A stretch of 64,000 bases of DNA from an uncultured bacterium (GCA_963766885.1 CAVYBO010000001.1:196352-260351), one strand, 5' to 3'; shown: positions 1 through 9,448, counted from the first letter of the stretch. A program made the numbers and translations. Notes: generated by a model not told the origin, from the sequence alone.

Positions 1-1125
1 TTCAATCGGATTGATGTTGGTGATTCCCGCAAGATAAGTGACAAGCGATCCCGAAACAGAACCTCTGATGTTTGAGAGGATTCCGTTCTCGCGAGCAAAA
101 CGCAATAGGTCGGCAACTACCAAAAAGTAATTTGCGTAGCCTTTGTTCTTGATGATTTCAAGTTCGTATTCGACGCGCGCCCGCAACTCTGGAGTTTCAA
201 GAACACCACGGTTTGCAAATCCTTCGTTAACGATTTTTTTGAGCTCATCATCCGGCGTTCGTCCTTCAGGAATTTCTATTTTTGGAAATACCCATTTGCC
301 AAGCTCAAGTTCCAAATTGCATTCATTTGCAACCTTTTCATTATTTTGCAGCGCTTCTGGATAATTTTTGAAAAGTTTTTCTATCTCAAATTGGGTCAAA
401 AAAGAGAAGTCGCCGTTATCATCATCCGGCGGCTTACCGCCGAAAGTTTTTTGGATTGCAAGCAGGGTATTGCGCGCTTGCTTGTCCTCCTTTTCAATAT
501 AATAAATATCCTGAGCGGCAATTATTGGAATATTTTTTTCTTTACAAAACCCTGCAATGCGCTCCATTATGCCATCGTGCTCTTCCATTTCCGGATGCAT
601 CGTAATTTCTTGGTACAAATCATCTTTGAAAATGTTTTTATAAAATTCAGCCCATTCTAAAGCTTTGTCTTCATTTGCGTTTCTTATCGCTTGCGCCACG
701 TCTCCGCTAAAAGAAGGCAAGATTGCAATTAATCCATCAGAGTATTTTTCAATCAGTTCCTTATCAATCCTTGGTCGGTAATAAAATCCTTCCAAGTATG
801 AATCTGTGACCAGATGAATTAAATTTTTATAGCCGGTTTCATTTTTTGCCAGAAGCACCAATCGCGTGCGCTTATTATCTATCCTAGCTTCGCGATCAAA
901 ACGTGTTCGGGTGGCAACATAAAAGTCCACCCCGATAATCGGTTTGATGCCAGCATCCTTGCATTCTTTGTAAAATTCGATTGTTCCATACATATTACCA
1001 GCGTCAGTCAGTGCCAAAGAATCCATTTTATCTTCAAGGGCTTTTTTGACTAAACTAGAAATTTTGGGTAATGCCTGAAGCAGCGAATAGTGGGAATGGG
1101 TATGTAGGTGGGTGAATTTGGACAT
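1..1125 (-). CDS. dnaE: DNA polymerase III alpha subunit, N-terminal PHP-domain portion (gene continues beyond window start)
   Basis: Reverse-strand translation from ATG at 1125-1123 reads MSKFTHLHTHSHYSLLQALPKISSLVKKALEDKMDSLALTDAGNMYGTIEFYKECKDAGIKPIIGVDFYV..., the classic DnaE PHP-domain start. It stays open to position 1 and is absent from the ORF track because it runs off the window edge. Confidence 0.85.
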   Translation of the reverse strand, partial: MSKFTHLHTHSHYSLLQALPKISSLVKKALEDKMDSLALTDAGNMYGTIEFYKECKDAGIKPIIGVDFYVATRTRFDREARIDNKRTRLVLLAKNETGYKNLIHLVTDSYLEGFYYRPRIDKELIEKYSDGLIAILPSFSGDVAQAIRNANEDKALEWAEFYKNIFKDDLYQEITMHPEMEEHDGIMERIAGFCKEKNIPIIAAQDIYYIEKEDKQARNTLLAIQKTFGGKPPDDDNGDFSFLTQFEIEKLFKNYPEALQNNEKVANECNLELELGKWVFPKIEIPEGRTPDDELKKIVNEGFANRGVLETPELRARVEYELEIIKNKGYANYFLVVADLLRFARENGILSNIRGSVSGSLVTYLAGITNINPIE

Positions 1126-1180
1126 ATTTAGATTTTAGCATAGACACAAAGCGATTATTGATATAAATTACATTTGGCTT

Positions 1181-1390
1181 ATGGAATCAATAGATCTTAC
1201 GTTAGCCCACCCATTGGGCAATACCTCTCTTTTCCAATCGCTTGTGGCAGGCGCCACGAGAAAATTTCCAGGAATTTCCATCACATCCAAAATTCCAGAT
1301 GTTCAAATTTCGGGTACTGATAGTGAAAAACTGCAATCAGCTTTGAACTTTTTTAAGGAAAGGGGTTTCAAAGAGTCTCCGAAGGACTAA
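1181..1390 (+). CDS. hypothetical small protein (69 aa); could equally be noncoding leader
   Basis: ORF in the divergent dnaE/rnhB intergenic region. Its stop is followed by an imperfect hairpin plus T-run (about 1367-1400). No recognisable domain. Confidence 0.2.
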   Translation: MESIDLTLAHPLGNTSLFQSLVAGATRKFPGISITSKIPDVQISGTDSEKLQSALNFFKERGFKESPKD

Positions 1391-1425
1391 ACCTCTCGGA
1401 GTATTTTTTATTCTATAATTAACTT

Positions 1426-2013
1426 GTGAAGAATTTTAAATACATTGCAGGAATTGATGAGGCGGGCAGGGGGCCGATTGCGGGACCTGTGGCCGTGGGA
1501 ATTTTTGTTGCTCCAAAAGACTTTGATTTCAGTAAACTTCCGAATTTAAACGATAGCAAAAAGCTTTCTGCCAAACAAAGAGAAGAAATTTTTTCTATAA
1601 TCAAAGTCTTGGCAGATAAAAATGAAGTCAAATTTGCTGTATCCTTGATTTCCGAAAAAATCATAGACAAGGACGGAATTTCCAAAGCAGTCAGACTTGG
1701 TATAGAGGAATGTATCAAAAAAATAAATCTCGATTGTAAAGAAACTTTTATCTACCTGGACGGACTTCTTAAAGCGCCTGGAGAATTTGCTCAAGAAACG
1801 GTTATCAAAGGTGATGAAAAAATTCCTCAAATTTCGGCGGCTTCAATTTGCGCCAAGGTGCTTCGTGATGAATTTATGATCAATTTGTCAAAACAATTTC
1901 CAGAATACGGTTTTGATAAGCATAAAGGATATGGAACGAAGGGGCACTATGAAGCTTTATCCGAGAAAGGCGTATCTGAAGTTCATAGGAAAACATTTCT
2001 TATTAAGACTTGA
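1426..2013 (+). CDS. rnhB: ribonuclease HII
   Basis: N-terminus IAGIDEAGRGPIAGPVAVG is the RNase HII catalytic DEAGRG motif. Length 195 aa is typical. Confidence 0.9.
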   Translation: MKNFKYIAGIDEAGRGPIAGPVAVGIFVAPKDFDFSKLPNLNDSKKLSAKQREEIFSIIKVLADKNEVKFAVSLISEKIIDKDGISKAVRLGIEECIKKINLDCKETFIYLDGLLKAPGEFAQETVIKGDEKIPQISAASICAKVLRDEFMINLSKQFPEYGFDKHKGYGTKGHYEALSEKGVSEVHRKTFLIKT

Positions 2014-2046
2014 TAAATCAGAGTTTATAAGTATAATAGCTTTATT

Positions 2047-2265
2047 ATGGTTGTAAGAATGCGAAGCACCCGGTCGCATACCGGAAATAGAAGAAGCCAC
2101 CACAAGCTCACAGCTGCTTCTTTGACTGTCTGCCCAAAATGCCAAAGCAAAAAGCTTAAGCATCACGCTTGCGGCAAATGCGGGTTCTACAAAGAAATTT
2201 CTGTCATTAATACAGTTTCCAAAGCCGAGAAAAAGGCCAAAAAAGAGAAAGCAAAACAAAAATAG
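2047..2265 (+). CDS. rpmF: 50S ribosomal protein L32
   Basis: RSTRSHTGNRRSHHKLTAASLTVCPKCQSKKLKHHACGKCGFY matches the L32 RRSH motif and C-x2-C...C-x2-C zinc ribbon. True start is probably the internal MRST. Confidence 0.8.
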   Translation: MVVRMRSTRSHTGNRRSHHKLTAASLTVCPKCQSKKLKHHACGKCGFYKEISVINTVSKAEKKAKKEKAKQK

Positions 2266-2335
2266 ACTAGGGAGTTTCCTTAAAATTGAATGATCTTTAT
2301 TTTCCACACAAGCTCAAAAAAGAGACGCATATAAA

Positions 2336-3241
2336 ATGGCAAACAGGCACCTTTCAAGATCAATAGTTCTACAAACACTCTTTGAGTGGGATTTCAACGG
2401 CAACAATAATTCAAACATTCCAACAATTCTAAAAAAAGATATTGAAGAATTTGGATCTGGAGCCGGAGATGATGAATTTATGATCAAGCTTGCTACAGGC
2501 GTTGCCAAGAAGCGCAGCGACTTGGATAAAATAATTGAAAAAGCCGCTCCTGATTGGCCTTTGGATAAAATTGCAAACGTGGACAGAAATGTTTTGCGTA
2601 TTGGGCTTTATGAACTCCTTTTTTCTGATCGCACTCAAGTGCCAGCCAAAGTGGCAATCAACGAGGCTATTGAACTGGCCAAAACATATGGCGGAGCAAC
2701 AAGCGGTAAATTCATAAACGGAGTTTTGGGCGCAGTTTACAAAGAACTCGGCGAACCGGGCAAAGACGAAGAGTCTAAAAGAAAAAAGAATATCGTTGAA
2801 GTTCCTTACGAGGAAATGCCGATTGAGAAACTTGTCGGCGCAGTAGTTTATGCCAAAGATGGTAGTAGCTTGTATTTAGGACTTGTGCATGATGTTTTTG
2901 GGAAGTGGACTTTATCAAAAGGACATATGATTGATGGGGAAACTGACGAACAGGCAATAATTAGAAAAGTTGAGGAAGAAATGGGCGCAAAAGTGAAAAA
3001 TGTTTTTGATAAGCTTGGAGAAAATGAATACGTAGCAACCCATCCAAGTGAAGGTAAAGTTAGAAAGCAAGTCGTTTATTATTTAGCAGAATCAAGTTAC
3101 AAGGAACTTCGATTAGGTAATTCTGGAGGCTTAGATGACGCAAAGTGGTTTAAACTTTCTGAAATACTTGACCTTAATTTTTATGATGATATTCTGCCGC
3201 TCGTTACCAAAGCCTTAAATATTTTGGCAACGAAGAAATAG
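2336..3241 (+). CDS. nusB: transcription antitermination factor NusB fused to a C-terminal NUDIX hydrolase domain
   Basis: N-terminal 140 aa is NusB-like (SRSIVLQTLFEWDF ... KFINGVLGAVYKEL). The C-terminal 150 aa carries a Nudix box GHMIDGETDEQAIIRKVEEEMGA (G-x5-E-x7-R-x-V-x-EE-x-G). Confidence 0.75.
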   Translation: MANRHLSRSIVLQTLFEWDFNGNNNSNIPTILKKDIEEFGSGAGDDEFMIKLATGVAKKRSDLDKIIEKAAPDWPLDKIANVDRNVLRIGLYELLFSDRTQVPAKVAINEAIELAKTYGGATSGKFINGVLGAVYKELGEPGKDEESKRKKNIVEVPYEEMPIEKLVGAVVYAKDGSSLYLGLVHDVFGKWTLSKGHMIDGETDEQAIIRKVEEEMGAKVKNVFDKLGENEYVATHPSEGKVRKQVVYYLAESSYKELRLGNSGGLDDAKWFKLSEILDLNFYDDILPLVTKALNILATKK

Positions 3242-3246
3242 TTAAA

Positions 3247-3933
3247 ATGAATTTAGATAATTTTGAAAAAAAAACAGGGCTCAATTTCAAAAATAAAGAG
3301 CTCTTAAAAAGTGCGTTTACCCACCGCTCGTATTTAAACGAGCATAAAGGATCTGGAATGGAGCACAACGAGCGTTTGGAGTTTTTGGGCGATGCGGTTT
3401 TGGAGCTTTCTGTCACACGTTTTCTTTTTGATAAATATTCAAAAAAGCCAGAAGGCGAACTTACAGCTCTCCGCGCGGCGCTGGTTAATTCTGTGATGCT
3501 TGCTCAAGTGGCGAGCGATCTGGGCTTTGAAGATTTTCTTTTGCTTAGTCGCGGAGAAGCCAAAGATACAGGCAGGGCAAGGCAATATATTTTGGCCAAC
3601 ACTTTTGAATCTGTTGTCGGCGCGATTTATTTAGACCTTGGATTTGAGGCCGCAGATAAATTTATTGAAAAATATATTTTTCCAAAAGCGGAAGAGATAG
3701 AAAAAAAGAAGCTTTGGGTTGATGCTAAAAGTTATTTTCAAGAAAAAGCTCAAGAAAAAACAGGTGTTACGCCAACGTACAAGACTCTTAAGGCAATTGG
3801 TCCGGATCACGACAAAGAATTTCACGTTGGACTTTTTATCGCGGGTGATTTGGTGAGCGAGGGCAGAGGCAAAAGCAAACAAGAAGCAGAAACCGAAGCA
3901 GCAAGAATCGGACTTGAGAAAAAGGGCTGGTAA
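3247..3933 (+). CDS. rnc: ribonuclease III
   Basis: RNase III signature ERLEFLGDAVLELSV plus a C-terminal dsRBD region. 228 aa. Confidence 0.9.
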   Translation: MNLDNFEKKTGLNFKNKELLKSAFTHRSYLNEHKGSGMEHNERLEFLGDAVLELSVTRFLFDKYSKKPEGELTALRAALVNSVMLAQVASDLGFEDFLLLSRGEAKDTGRARQYILANTFESVVGAIYLDLGFEAADKFIEKYIFPKAEEIEKKKLWVDAKSYFQEKAQEKTGVTPTYKTLKAIGPDHDKEFHVGLFIAGDLVSEGRGKSKQEAETEAARIGLEKKGW

Positions 3934-3968
3934 TTTGAATAAAAAAATTGCGCCTCTAAGGGGCGCGC

Positions 3969-4250
3969 TTAGTCACTGTGTCCATAGACTTTGATTATGT
4001 AAACAATGTCGCAATTCTTGATGCCGAGATCCTCGTGGATGTCTACTCTCTGTTCGGCGATCTCGCGTGTGAAATGTTGATAAAGAGAAGGATTCATTCG
4101 ACCCCATCTCAATGCACAAAATTCTCGCCACATGCGATCAAGAGTTTTCTCACGGCTCACTTTCTCAACCTTTATAATGTCCGTATCTGTCGAAGTGTAA
4201 GAGCCGAACGCCAGCCACGGAATCAACAGAAAGATCAGGAACGTCTTCAT
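3969..4250 (-). CDS. hypothetical secreted small protein (signal peptide MKTFLIFLLIPWLAFG)
   Basis: ORF with an N-terminal signal peptide in a GC-elevated segment. A hairpin plus T-run terminator lies on the minus strand right after its stop (about 3938-3968). Confidence 0.4.
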   Translation of the reverse strand: MKTFLIFLLIPWLAFGSYTSTDTDIIKVEKVSREKTLDRMWREFCALRWGRMNPSLYQHFTREIAEQRVDIHEDLGIKNCDIVYIIKVYGHSD

Positions 4251-4320
4251 ACAAACCCTATTCAATACCTAAAACAAATTAAGTCAAGTATAAAAAATCG
4301 CTTAACTAGTAAGCGTTTGG

Positions 4321-4548
4321 TTAAATTCTAAAGAGCAGGAAAAATCCTGGACAGCTGAGGCTTTGCAGTCCACCGCACCTGAGGCTAGTTGCTTTTCCGA
4401 ATGCCGCCAGGATTTGTTTGAAATTTTCTTCGGAGGTGTTGCTAGGAATTTCCAAAAGGAAACCGAACGGGCGGGATCCCTCAGGTAGTTCCATAATTCT
4501 CCTTTGAGTATCTCCTGCTTCTTGTAATAGATCTTCGGGTGTTTTCAT
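4321..4548 (-). CDS. hypothetical small protein (75 aa)
   Basis: ORF in a GC-elevated segment. A minus-strand hairpin CGCTTA-actagt-TAAGCG plus T-run follows it at about 4285-4315. Confidence 0.3.
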   Translation of the reverse strand: MKTPEDLLQEAGDTQRRIMELPEGSRPFGFLLEIPSNTSEENFKQILAAFGKATSLRCGGLQSLSCPGFFLLFRI

Positions 4549-4620
4549 GTGCGTTTATTCTGATATTATCTTTTATTAAGTTAAAGTCAAATATCATTTT
4601 TTTTGATATTATTATGGCTA

Positions 4621-6849
4621 ATGAATCTCAAATCTTTGGAATTAAACGGATTTAAGTCTTTTGGCAAAAAGACTGTTTTGGAATTTACTACTCCTATCAC
4701 ATCTATTGTTGGTCCAAATGGCAGCGGCAAATCAAACGTGGCAGAAAGTTTTAGATTTGTACTTGGAGAGCAGTCTATAAAAAGTATGCGAGGCAAGCGC
4801 GGAGAGGACTTGATCTTTAACGGATCAAACGATGCGCCAAGAGCCAATCGCGCGTCTGTAAAATTGAATTTTGATAATAAAAATAAGCTTTTCAATATTG
4901 ATTTTGATGAAGTCTCTATTGAGCGAGTAGTTTACCGCGACGGTGTAAATGAATATTCAATCAATGGAAGCAAAGTGCGACTCAAGGACGTTTTTGAACT
5001 TTTGGCCAACGCGCACATTGGGGCATCTGGTCACCACATAATTTCTCAAGGCGAGGCAGACAGAATTTTGCATACAAACGCCAAGGAGCGCAAAGAAATG
5101 ATAGAAGACGCGCTTGGAATTAAAATTTTTCAATATAAAAAGGAAGAGAGCCAAAGAAAGCTCGAAAAAACACAAGAGAATATGAAAGAGGTTGAATCTT
5201 TGCGCAGGGAAATTGCTCCGCATCTTAAATTTCTTAGACGCCAGGTTGAAAAAATAGAAAAATCCAAGGAGATTAGGAATGAGCTCGTTGCTGCATCAAA
5301 AGAATATTTTGCTGTTGAAGAAAAATATATTGCGGAAGAAAAAAAGAGTCTTTTTGAAGCGCGCCAGATTCCAGAGAGGGAATTAAAAGAACTTCAGAAT
5401 AAACTTCAAGAGACCAAAAAAATAATTGAAGCAAGCCAAATGACCGACGACAAATCTTCAGAAATTGTTGACCTAGAAGAAGGCTTGGGAGAAGCCCGCA
5501 AGCACAAGGATGAAATTGTCCGAGAACTGGGCAGAATTGAAGGAGAGATTTCTTATGTCCTAAAAACAATTTCAGCAGAAAAAGAGGAAAAGGAAGAGAT
5601 TGGAAAAACTGTCTTGCTTGCAGATGTGCAAAAGTTGTCTGAAGAAGTTAAATTTGAAATTGAAAAAAGCAGAGAAGCAAGTACTGTTGAAGGGTTAAAA
5701 GAATCTTTGTCTATAGTTGGAAGACTGGTTTCCGCTTTTATAGAAAAAAGCAAGGGGTCTACTTCGCCAATTTTAGGCAAACTTCAAGCTGAGCTTGTGG
5801 TTTTGAAAGAAAAGCAAAAAGAGCTTGAAAACAGTCTGTCGGAAGCCAAAAATCAAGAATCTTCTTTTGTTTCAAAATATGAAGAAAAACGAAGCCAGAT
5901 GGAAAAAAGCAAAGATGATACCAAAGAAGCTGAAAAGGAAGTTTTCAAAATTGTTGCTAAACAAAACGAACTTCACGCAGCGCTTGATAAAATTCTTGCA
6001 AAGGAATCCACTCTTCGCATGGACGAAGATCAGTTCAAGCAAGACTTGGGAGACATCGGCAGGCTTGCTGGAATTGAAGCTGTGAAATATACAGATGAGA
6101 ATACTTTAGTTGCTGATAGAGCTCTTCAGCACGAAAAAAGAAAGCATATTGAACGGCTTAAAATTCGCTTAGAAGAAACAGGAATTTCGGGCGGTGAAGA
6201 TGTGCTCAAAGAATATACAGATACCGAAGAGAGAGATATTTTTTTGGCTAAGGAATTAGAAGATTTGAAGGTTGCCAGTGAAGATTTGAACAACTTGATA
6301 AGAGATTTGGAAGAAAAACTTGGCTTTGAATTTAAAAACGGCATTGCCAAAATTAATGAAGAATTTCAAAAGTTTTTTGCGCTGATGTTTGGTGGTGGCA
6401 AAGCAATGTTAAAAATTATTAAGCAAGAAAAGAGAACAAGGAATCAAGAATTTGAAATGGATACGGAAATTGTTGAATCAAATATTTCAACAGAAGAGGG
6501 AATTGACATAGAAATTTCTCTGCCGCACAAAAAAATCAAAGGACTTATTATGCTTTCCGGTGGAGAAAGAGCTCTCACATCAATTGCGCTTCTTTTTGCA
6601 ATGAGTCAGGTCAATCCGCCGCCGTTTGTTATTTTGGATGAAACAGATGCAGCACTTGATGAAGCTAATAGCCGCAAATACGGCGATATGGTAGAGAGTC
6701 TTTCAAAAAGTTCAGAGCTAATTGTCATTACTCACAATCGCGAAACAATGAGCCGCGCCGGCGTGCTCTATGGAGTAACTATGGGCAAAGACGCAGTTTC
6801 TAAACTTCTGTCTATTGCATTTGATGAAGCGGTAGAAGTGGCGAAGTAA
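4621..6849 (+). CDS. smc: chromosome segregation protein SMC (short form)
   Basis: N-terminus MNLKSLELNGFKSFGKKTVLEFTTPITSIVGPNGSGKSN has the Walker A motif. The body is long coiled-coil. C-terminus LSGGERALTSIALLFAM...FVILDETDAALDE carries the ABC signature and Walker B. Confidence 0.85.
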   Translation: MNLKSLELNGFKSFGKKTVLEFTTPITSIVGPNGSGKSNVAESFRFVLGEQSIKSMRGKRGEDLIFNGSNDAPRANRASVKLNFDNKNKLFNIDFDEVSIERVVYRDGVNEYSINGSKVRLKDVFELLANAHIGASGHHIISQGEADRILHTNAKERKEMIEDALGIKIFQYKKEESQRKLEKTQENMKEVESLRREIAPHLKFLRRQVEKIEKSKEIRNELVAASKEYFAVEEKYIAEEKKSLFEARQIPERELKELQNKLQETKKIIEASQMTDDKSSEIVDLEEGLGEARKHKDEIVRELGRIEGEISYVLKTISAEKEEKEEIGKTVLLADVQKLSEEVKFEIEKSREASTVEGLKESLSIVGRLVSAFIEKSKGSTSPILGKLQAELVVLKEKQKELENSLSEAKNQESSFVSKYEEKRSQMEKSKDDTKEAEKEVFKIVAKQNELHAALDKILAKESTLRMDEDQFKQDLGDIGRLAGIEAVKYTDENTLVADRALQHEKRKHIERLKIRLEETGISGGEDVLKEYTDTEERDIFLAKELEDLKVASEDLNNLIRDLEEKLGFEFKNGIAKINEEFQKFFALMFGGGKAMLKIIKQEKRTRNQEFEMDTEIVESNISTEEGIDIEISLPHKKIKGLIMLSGGERALTSIALLFAMSQVNPPPFVILDETDAALDEANSRKYGDMVESLSKSSELIVITHNRETMSRAGVLYGVTMGKDAVSKLLSIAFDEAVEVAK

Positions 6850-6875
6850 GTTTTAATAGCATATAATTTATTATT

Positions 6876-7124
6876 ATGAGTAGAGGTTTCAAAATATTTT
6901 TAGCTACTATTTCTTTGTTGGTGGGATACTTTTTAGTTTTTATGATACCCCTATCGTGTGGTGACAATTATTGTAGTCAATTGTATACATCCGTACCCCC
7001 AATTATATACTTAATTGTTTTCATTTCCTATATTACATTTCTTATAAGTAAAAAGGATTTATTCTTTTGGATTTCTCTTATTCCTATTATCTTTATATTT
7101 TTTGAGATTTTAAAGGTTTTCTAA
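6876..7124 (+). CDS. hypothetical small membrane protein
   Basis: 82-aa very hydrophobic ORF with two predicted TM segments, AT-rich. Confidence 0.3.
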   Translation: MSRGFKIFLATISLLVGYFLVFMIPLSCGDNYCSQLYTSVPPIIYLIVFISYITFLISKKDLFFWISLIPIIFIFFEILKVF

Positions 7125-7186
7125 ATTAATATTTTATATTGACCAAACTGGGTTGTTTTGGTAGTATTTCCCCACAAATCAAAAAG

Positions 7187-7594
7187 ATGTTAAAAATCAG
7201 ATTACAAAGAGTTGGAAGAAAGCACGAGCCAGCATTCAGGCTTGTTTTGACTGATTCCCAGAACAGCACCAAAAGCGGAAGGTTTTTGGAAGTTTTGGGC
7301 AACCACGATTTTCGCCTAGAAAAAAACACAAAGCTTGAAAAAGACAGGATTTTGCATTGGATAAAAGTTGGAGCAAAACCTTCAGACACTGCGCACAACC
7401 TTTTGATTGAACACAAAATAATCACTGGTAAGAAAATAAACGTTTTGCCAAAGAAAACAGTTCCAAAGAAAGAAGAGCCTGCGCAAGCTGCAACATCCGC
7501 TCCAGTTTCTGAAGCCCCAAAAGAAGAAGTTAAAGCAGAGGAAGTAAAAGAAGAGACTCCTGCAGAAGCGCCAGCTGAAACTCCAGCTAACTAA
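7187..7594 (+). CDS. rpsP: 30S ribosomal protein S16 with Lys/Glu/Pro/Ala-rich C-terminal tail
   Basis: MLKIRLQRVGRKHEPAFRLVLTDSQNSTKSGRFLEVLGNHD is S16. The ORF-track start at 7139 is probably an upstream over-extension. Confidence 0.85.
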   Translation: MLKIRLQRVGRKHEPAFRLVLTDSQNSTKSGRFLEVLGNHDFRLEKNTKLEKDRILHWIKVGAKPSDTAHNLLIEHKIITGKKINVLPKKTVPKKEEPAQAATSAPVSEAPKEEVKAEEVKEETPAEAPAETPAN

Positions 7595-7624
7595 ATTTAA
7601 ATATAAAATTTGCAATAAAAATTC

Positions 7625-7648
7625 CGCCTTCAATGAGGCGGTTTTTTG
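7625..7648 (+). terminator. rho-independent terminator after rpsP (hairpin also readable on minus strand)
   Basis: Stem CCGCCT, loop tcaatg, stem AGGCGG, then TTTTTTG. Confidence 0.6.
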
Positions 7649-7658
7649 TGTTAACAAC

Positions 7659-8822
7659 TTAAGCTTCGATGTGAGTCGACTTTTTTTCGGGAGCGGGCGC
7701 TGTAGGTGTGGATGTGAACTCCAGATTGCAGACAACCTTGAAGAACTCGGGCATCACTTCGCTTGTTTTTTCTCGAAGGATTATCGCAACATCTCGGACG
7801 CACTTTCTGATCTCTTCCTGTTTTTCTTCCAGAGACAAGGTCATCAACACCCCGTGCCCGGAGTAAACAGAGATTTTCACCTCCAGGATATCCATCGTGT
7901 CGGGGTTCCAGATAACCTCCTCGACTTTACTGAACAGCGAGGTAAAATCCTCTTTGTAGGAGAGGATATCTCGGATAACCATCACCTTTTGCCGGAGTTT
8001 TTCGACTGCTCTGGCAGAAGCCGCAGACAGTACTTCAAGCGAAGGAAGACCAGCTTCTGTCTCAGTGGTAAGCGGACGATAGTCCATAAGCGGCAGAATG
8101 ACTGGCGCCCAGATGATATTGTCCATCGGGTTTCCACCAAAGACGTTTCCGTTTTTGGTGAATCGATTCCAAATGGCATTGACTATTTTTGCCGCAGATT
8201 GTTCATGGACATTAATCTTCGATTCGCCGATCCACCTTAGCAGATTGCACATCTGTTCGATGCTTCCGAGACGATATGCGTCTTCAACCGCCTCAGCGAC
8301 CGCTTCCTGGTATGGATTCACTCTGCCGAACCGGGCTTTTGAGGAATTGAGCCTGATGAGCTTTATCCACCAATCCTTGGCATCCTCGTCGGACGCTTTG
8401 GCGATCTGCTCGATAATCCAGCTAGCCAGAGTTGCAACTACCGTGTGGCTAACATATTCCAGATTGTCGCGGAGATTGTCCTCGAACAGCTTGATCAGTC
8501 TGAAGCAGTCCAGTACGAAACCCGGGTGACTGGCATCGTAGCTGGTTCGCCAGTAGCTAAGCAAACCAACGTGCGAATCAATTTTACCGTGTAGCGTGCG
8601 CCTGTCTTTTGGCAGGGCAATTTTTGGCCAGGAGACATCGGGTTGAGTATTCATGACCCAGCTTACCATCCGTCGTTCAACCATTTCGAGCGCCTCCAAG
8701 TCATCGGAAACATCCCTGAACGTTTCGTAGGTGTCTATATCATTGCGGCCAAAAGCTAATTTGGCCACTGAGTTTTTGTGTCGTTCGTTCACTGCGTATT
8801 TAGTTGTTCTTTCTTGTTTCAA
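7659..8822 (-). CDS. hypothetical protein (387 aa), compositionally atypical, no recognisable domain
   Basis: Long clean ORF with GC clearly higher than its flanks. It sits on the opposite strand between rpsP and khpA. Confidence 0.6.
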   Translation of the reverse strand: MKQERTTKYAVNERHKNSVAKLAFGRNDIDTYETFRDVSDDLEALEMVERRMVSWVMNTQPDVSWPKIALPKDRRTLHGKIDSHVGLLSYWRTSYDASHPGFVLDCFRLIKLFEDNLRDNLEYVSHTVVATLASWIIEQIAKASDEDAKDWWIKLIRLNSSKARFGRVNPYQEAVAEAVEDAYRLGSIEQMCNLLRWIGESKINVHEQSAAKIVNAIWNRFTKNGNVFGGNPMDNIIWAPVILPLMDYRPLTTETEAGLPSLEVLSAASARAVEKLRQKVMVIRDILSYKEDFTSLFSKVEEVIWNPDTMDILEVKISVYSGHGVLMTLSLEEKQEEIRKCVRDVAIILREKTSEVMPEFFKVVCNLEFTSTPTAPAPEKKSTHIEA

Positions 8823-9054
8823 GCTTTTCCCGTAGGAAGAGTTTAGACAAAGAAAGTCTTCGGCAAAGCCCGTAGGCCAAGCGGAAGAATGTTCATTTTG
8901 CTGGCGTACCAGCGGTTCGGTTTAACTATAGAAGATGGGCTGACGATGTCAATTTTATTTTTTGATATTTTATTTTGAGTAATGTATAATTTTGATAGCA
9001 GTAAAAACGGGAAAACCCAGTCGTGCTGCATTTAACAGTAAGTAAGAAAAAACA

Positions 9055-9390
9055 ATGAACGAAAGAGATACAGAGTTTTTGGAATATGTGGTCAAAGCTT
9101 TAGTAGACAAGCCGGATGCTGTAAAGATCAGCAGAACAGTTGATGAGATGGGAGTTCTCCTTTCTTTGTCAGTTGATCCTATTGATATGGGTAAAGTTAT
9201 CGGCAGAAGCGGCAACACAGCCAAGGCAATCAGAACTTTGCTTAAAGTTGTTGGAATGAAAAACAATGCAAGAGTGAATCTAAAGATCAATGAACCGGAA
9301 GGAAGTACAAGACCAGAAAGGACAGATGCTCCTCGCGGAGAGTCAAAAATGAAGAGTGTTGACGAGGCAATGGATGAATTGAAAATCTGA
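9055..9390 (+). CDS. khpA: KH-domain RNA-binding protein KhpA with C-terminal extension
   Basis: VKALVDKPDAVKISRTVDEMGVLLSLSVDPIDMGKVIGRSGNTAKAIRTLLKVVG is the KhpA/YlqC KH fold with its GRSG-type loop. It occupies the expected position after rpsP. Confidence 0.75.
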   Translation: MNERDTEFLEYVVKALVDKPDAVKISRTVDEMGVLLSLSVDPIDMGKVIGRSGNTAKAIRTLLKVVGMKNNARVNLKINEPEGSTRPERTDAPRGESKMKSVDEAMDELKI

Positions 9391-9416
9391 TTTAATTTAA
9401 GAAATTTTTTTCAAAA

Positions 9417-9448
9417 CCGCCCAGATATATCAACGGGGCGGTTTTTTG
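9417..9448 (+). terminator. rho-independent terminator after khpA
   Basis: Stem CCGCCC, loop agatatatcaacg, stem GGGCGG, then TTTTTTG. Confidence 0.6.

Noticed and set aside
143-660. Plus-strand ORFs 143-364 and 346-660 from the ORF track
   Set aside because: They are antisense to the dnaE N-terminal coding region, low-complexity and without start context. dnaE on the minus strand explains the region.
7671-8529. Plus-strand ORFs 7671-8240 and 8098-8529
   Set aside because: They are antisense within the 387-aa minus-strand ORF, which is a single uninterrupted frame of 1164 nt. The shorter antisense frames are likely spurious.
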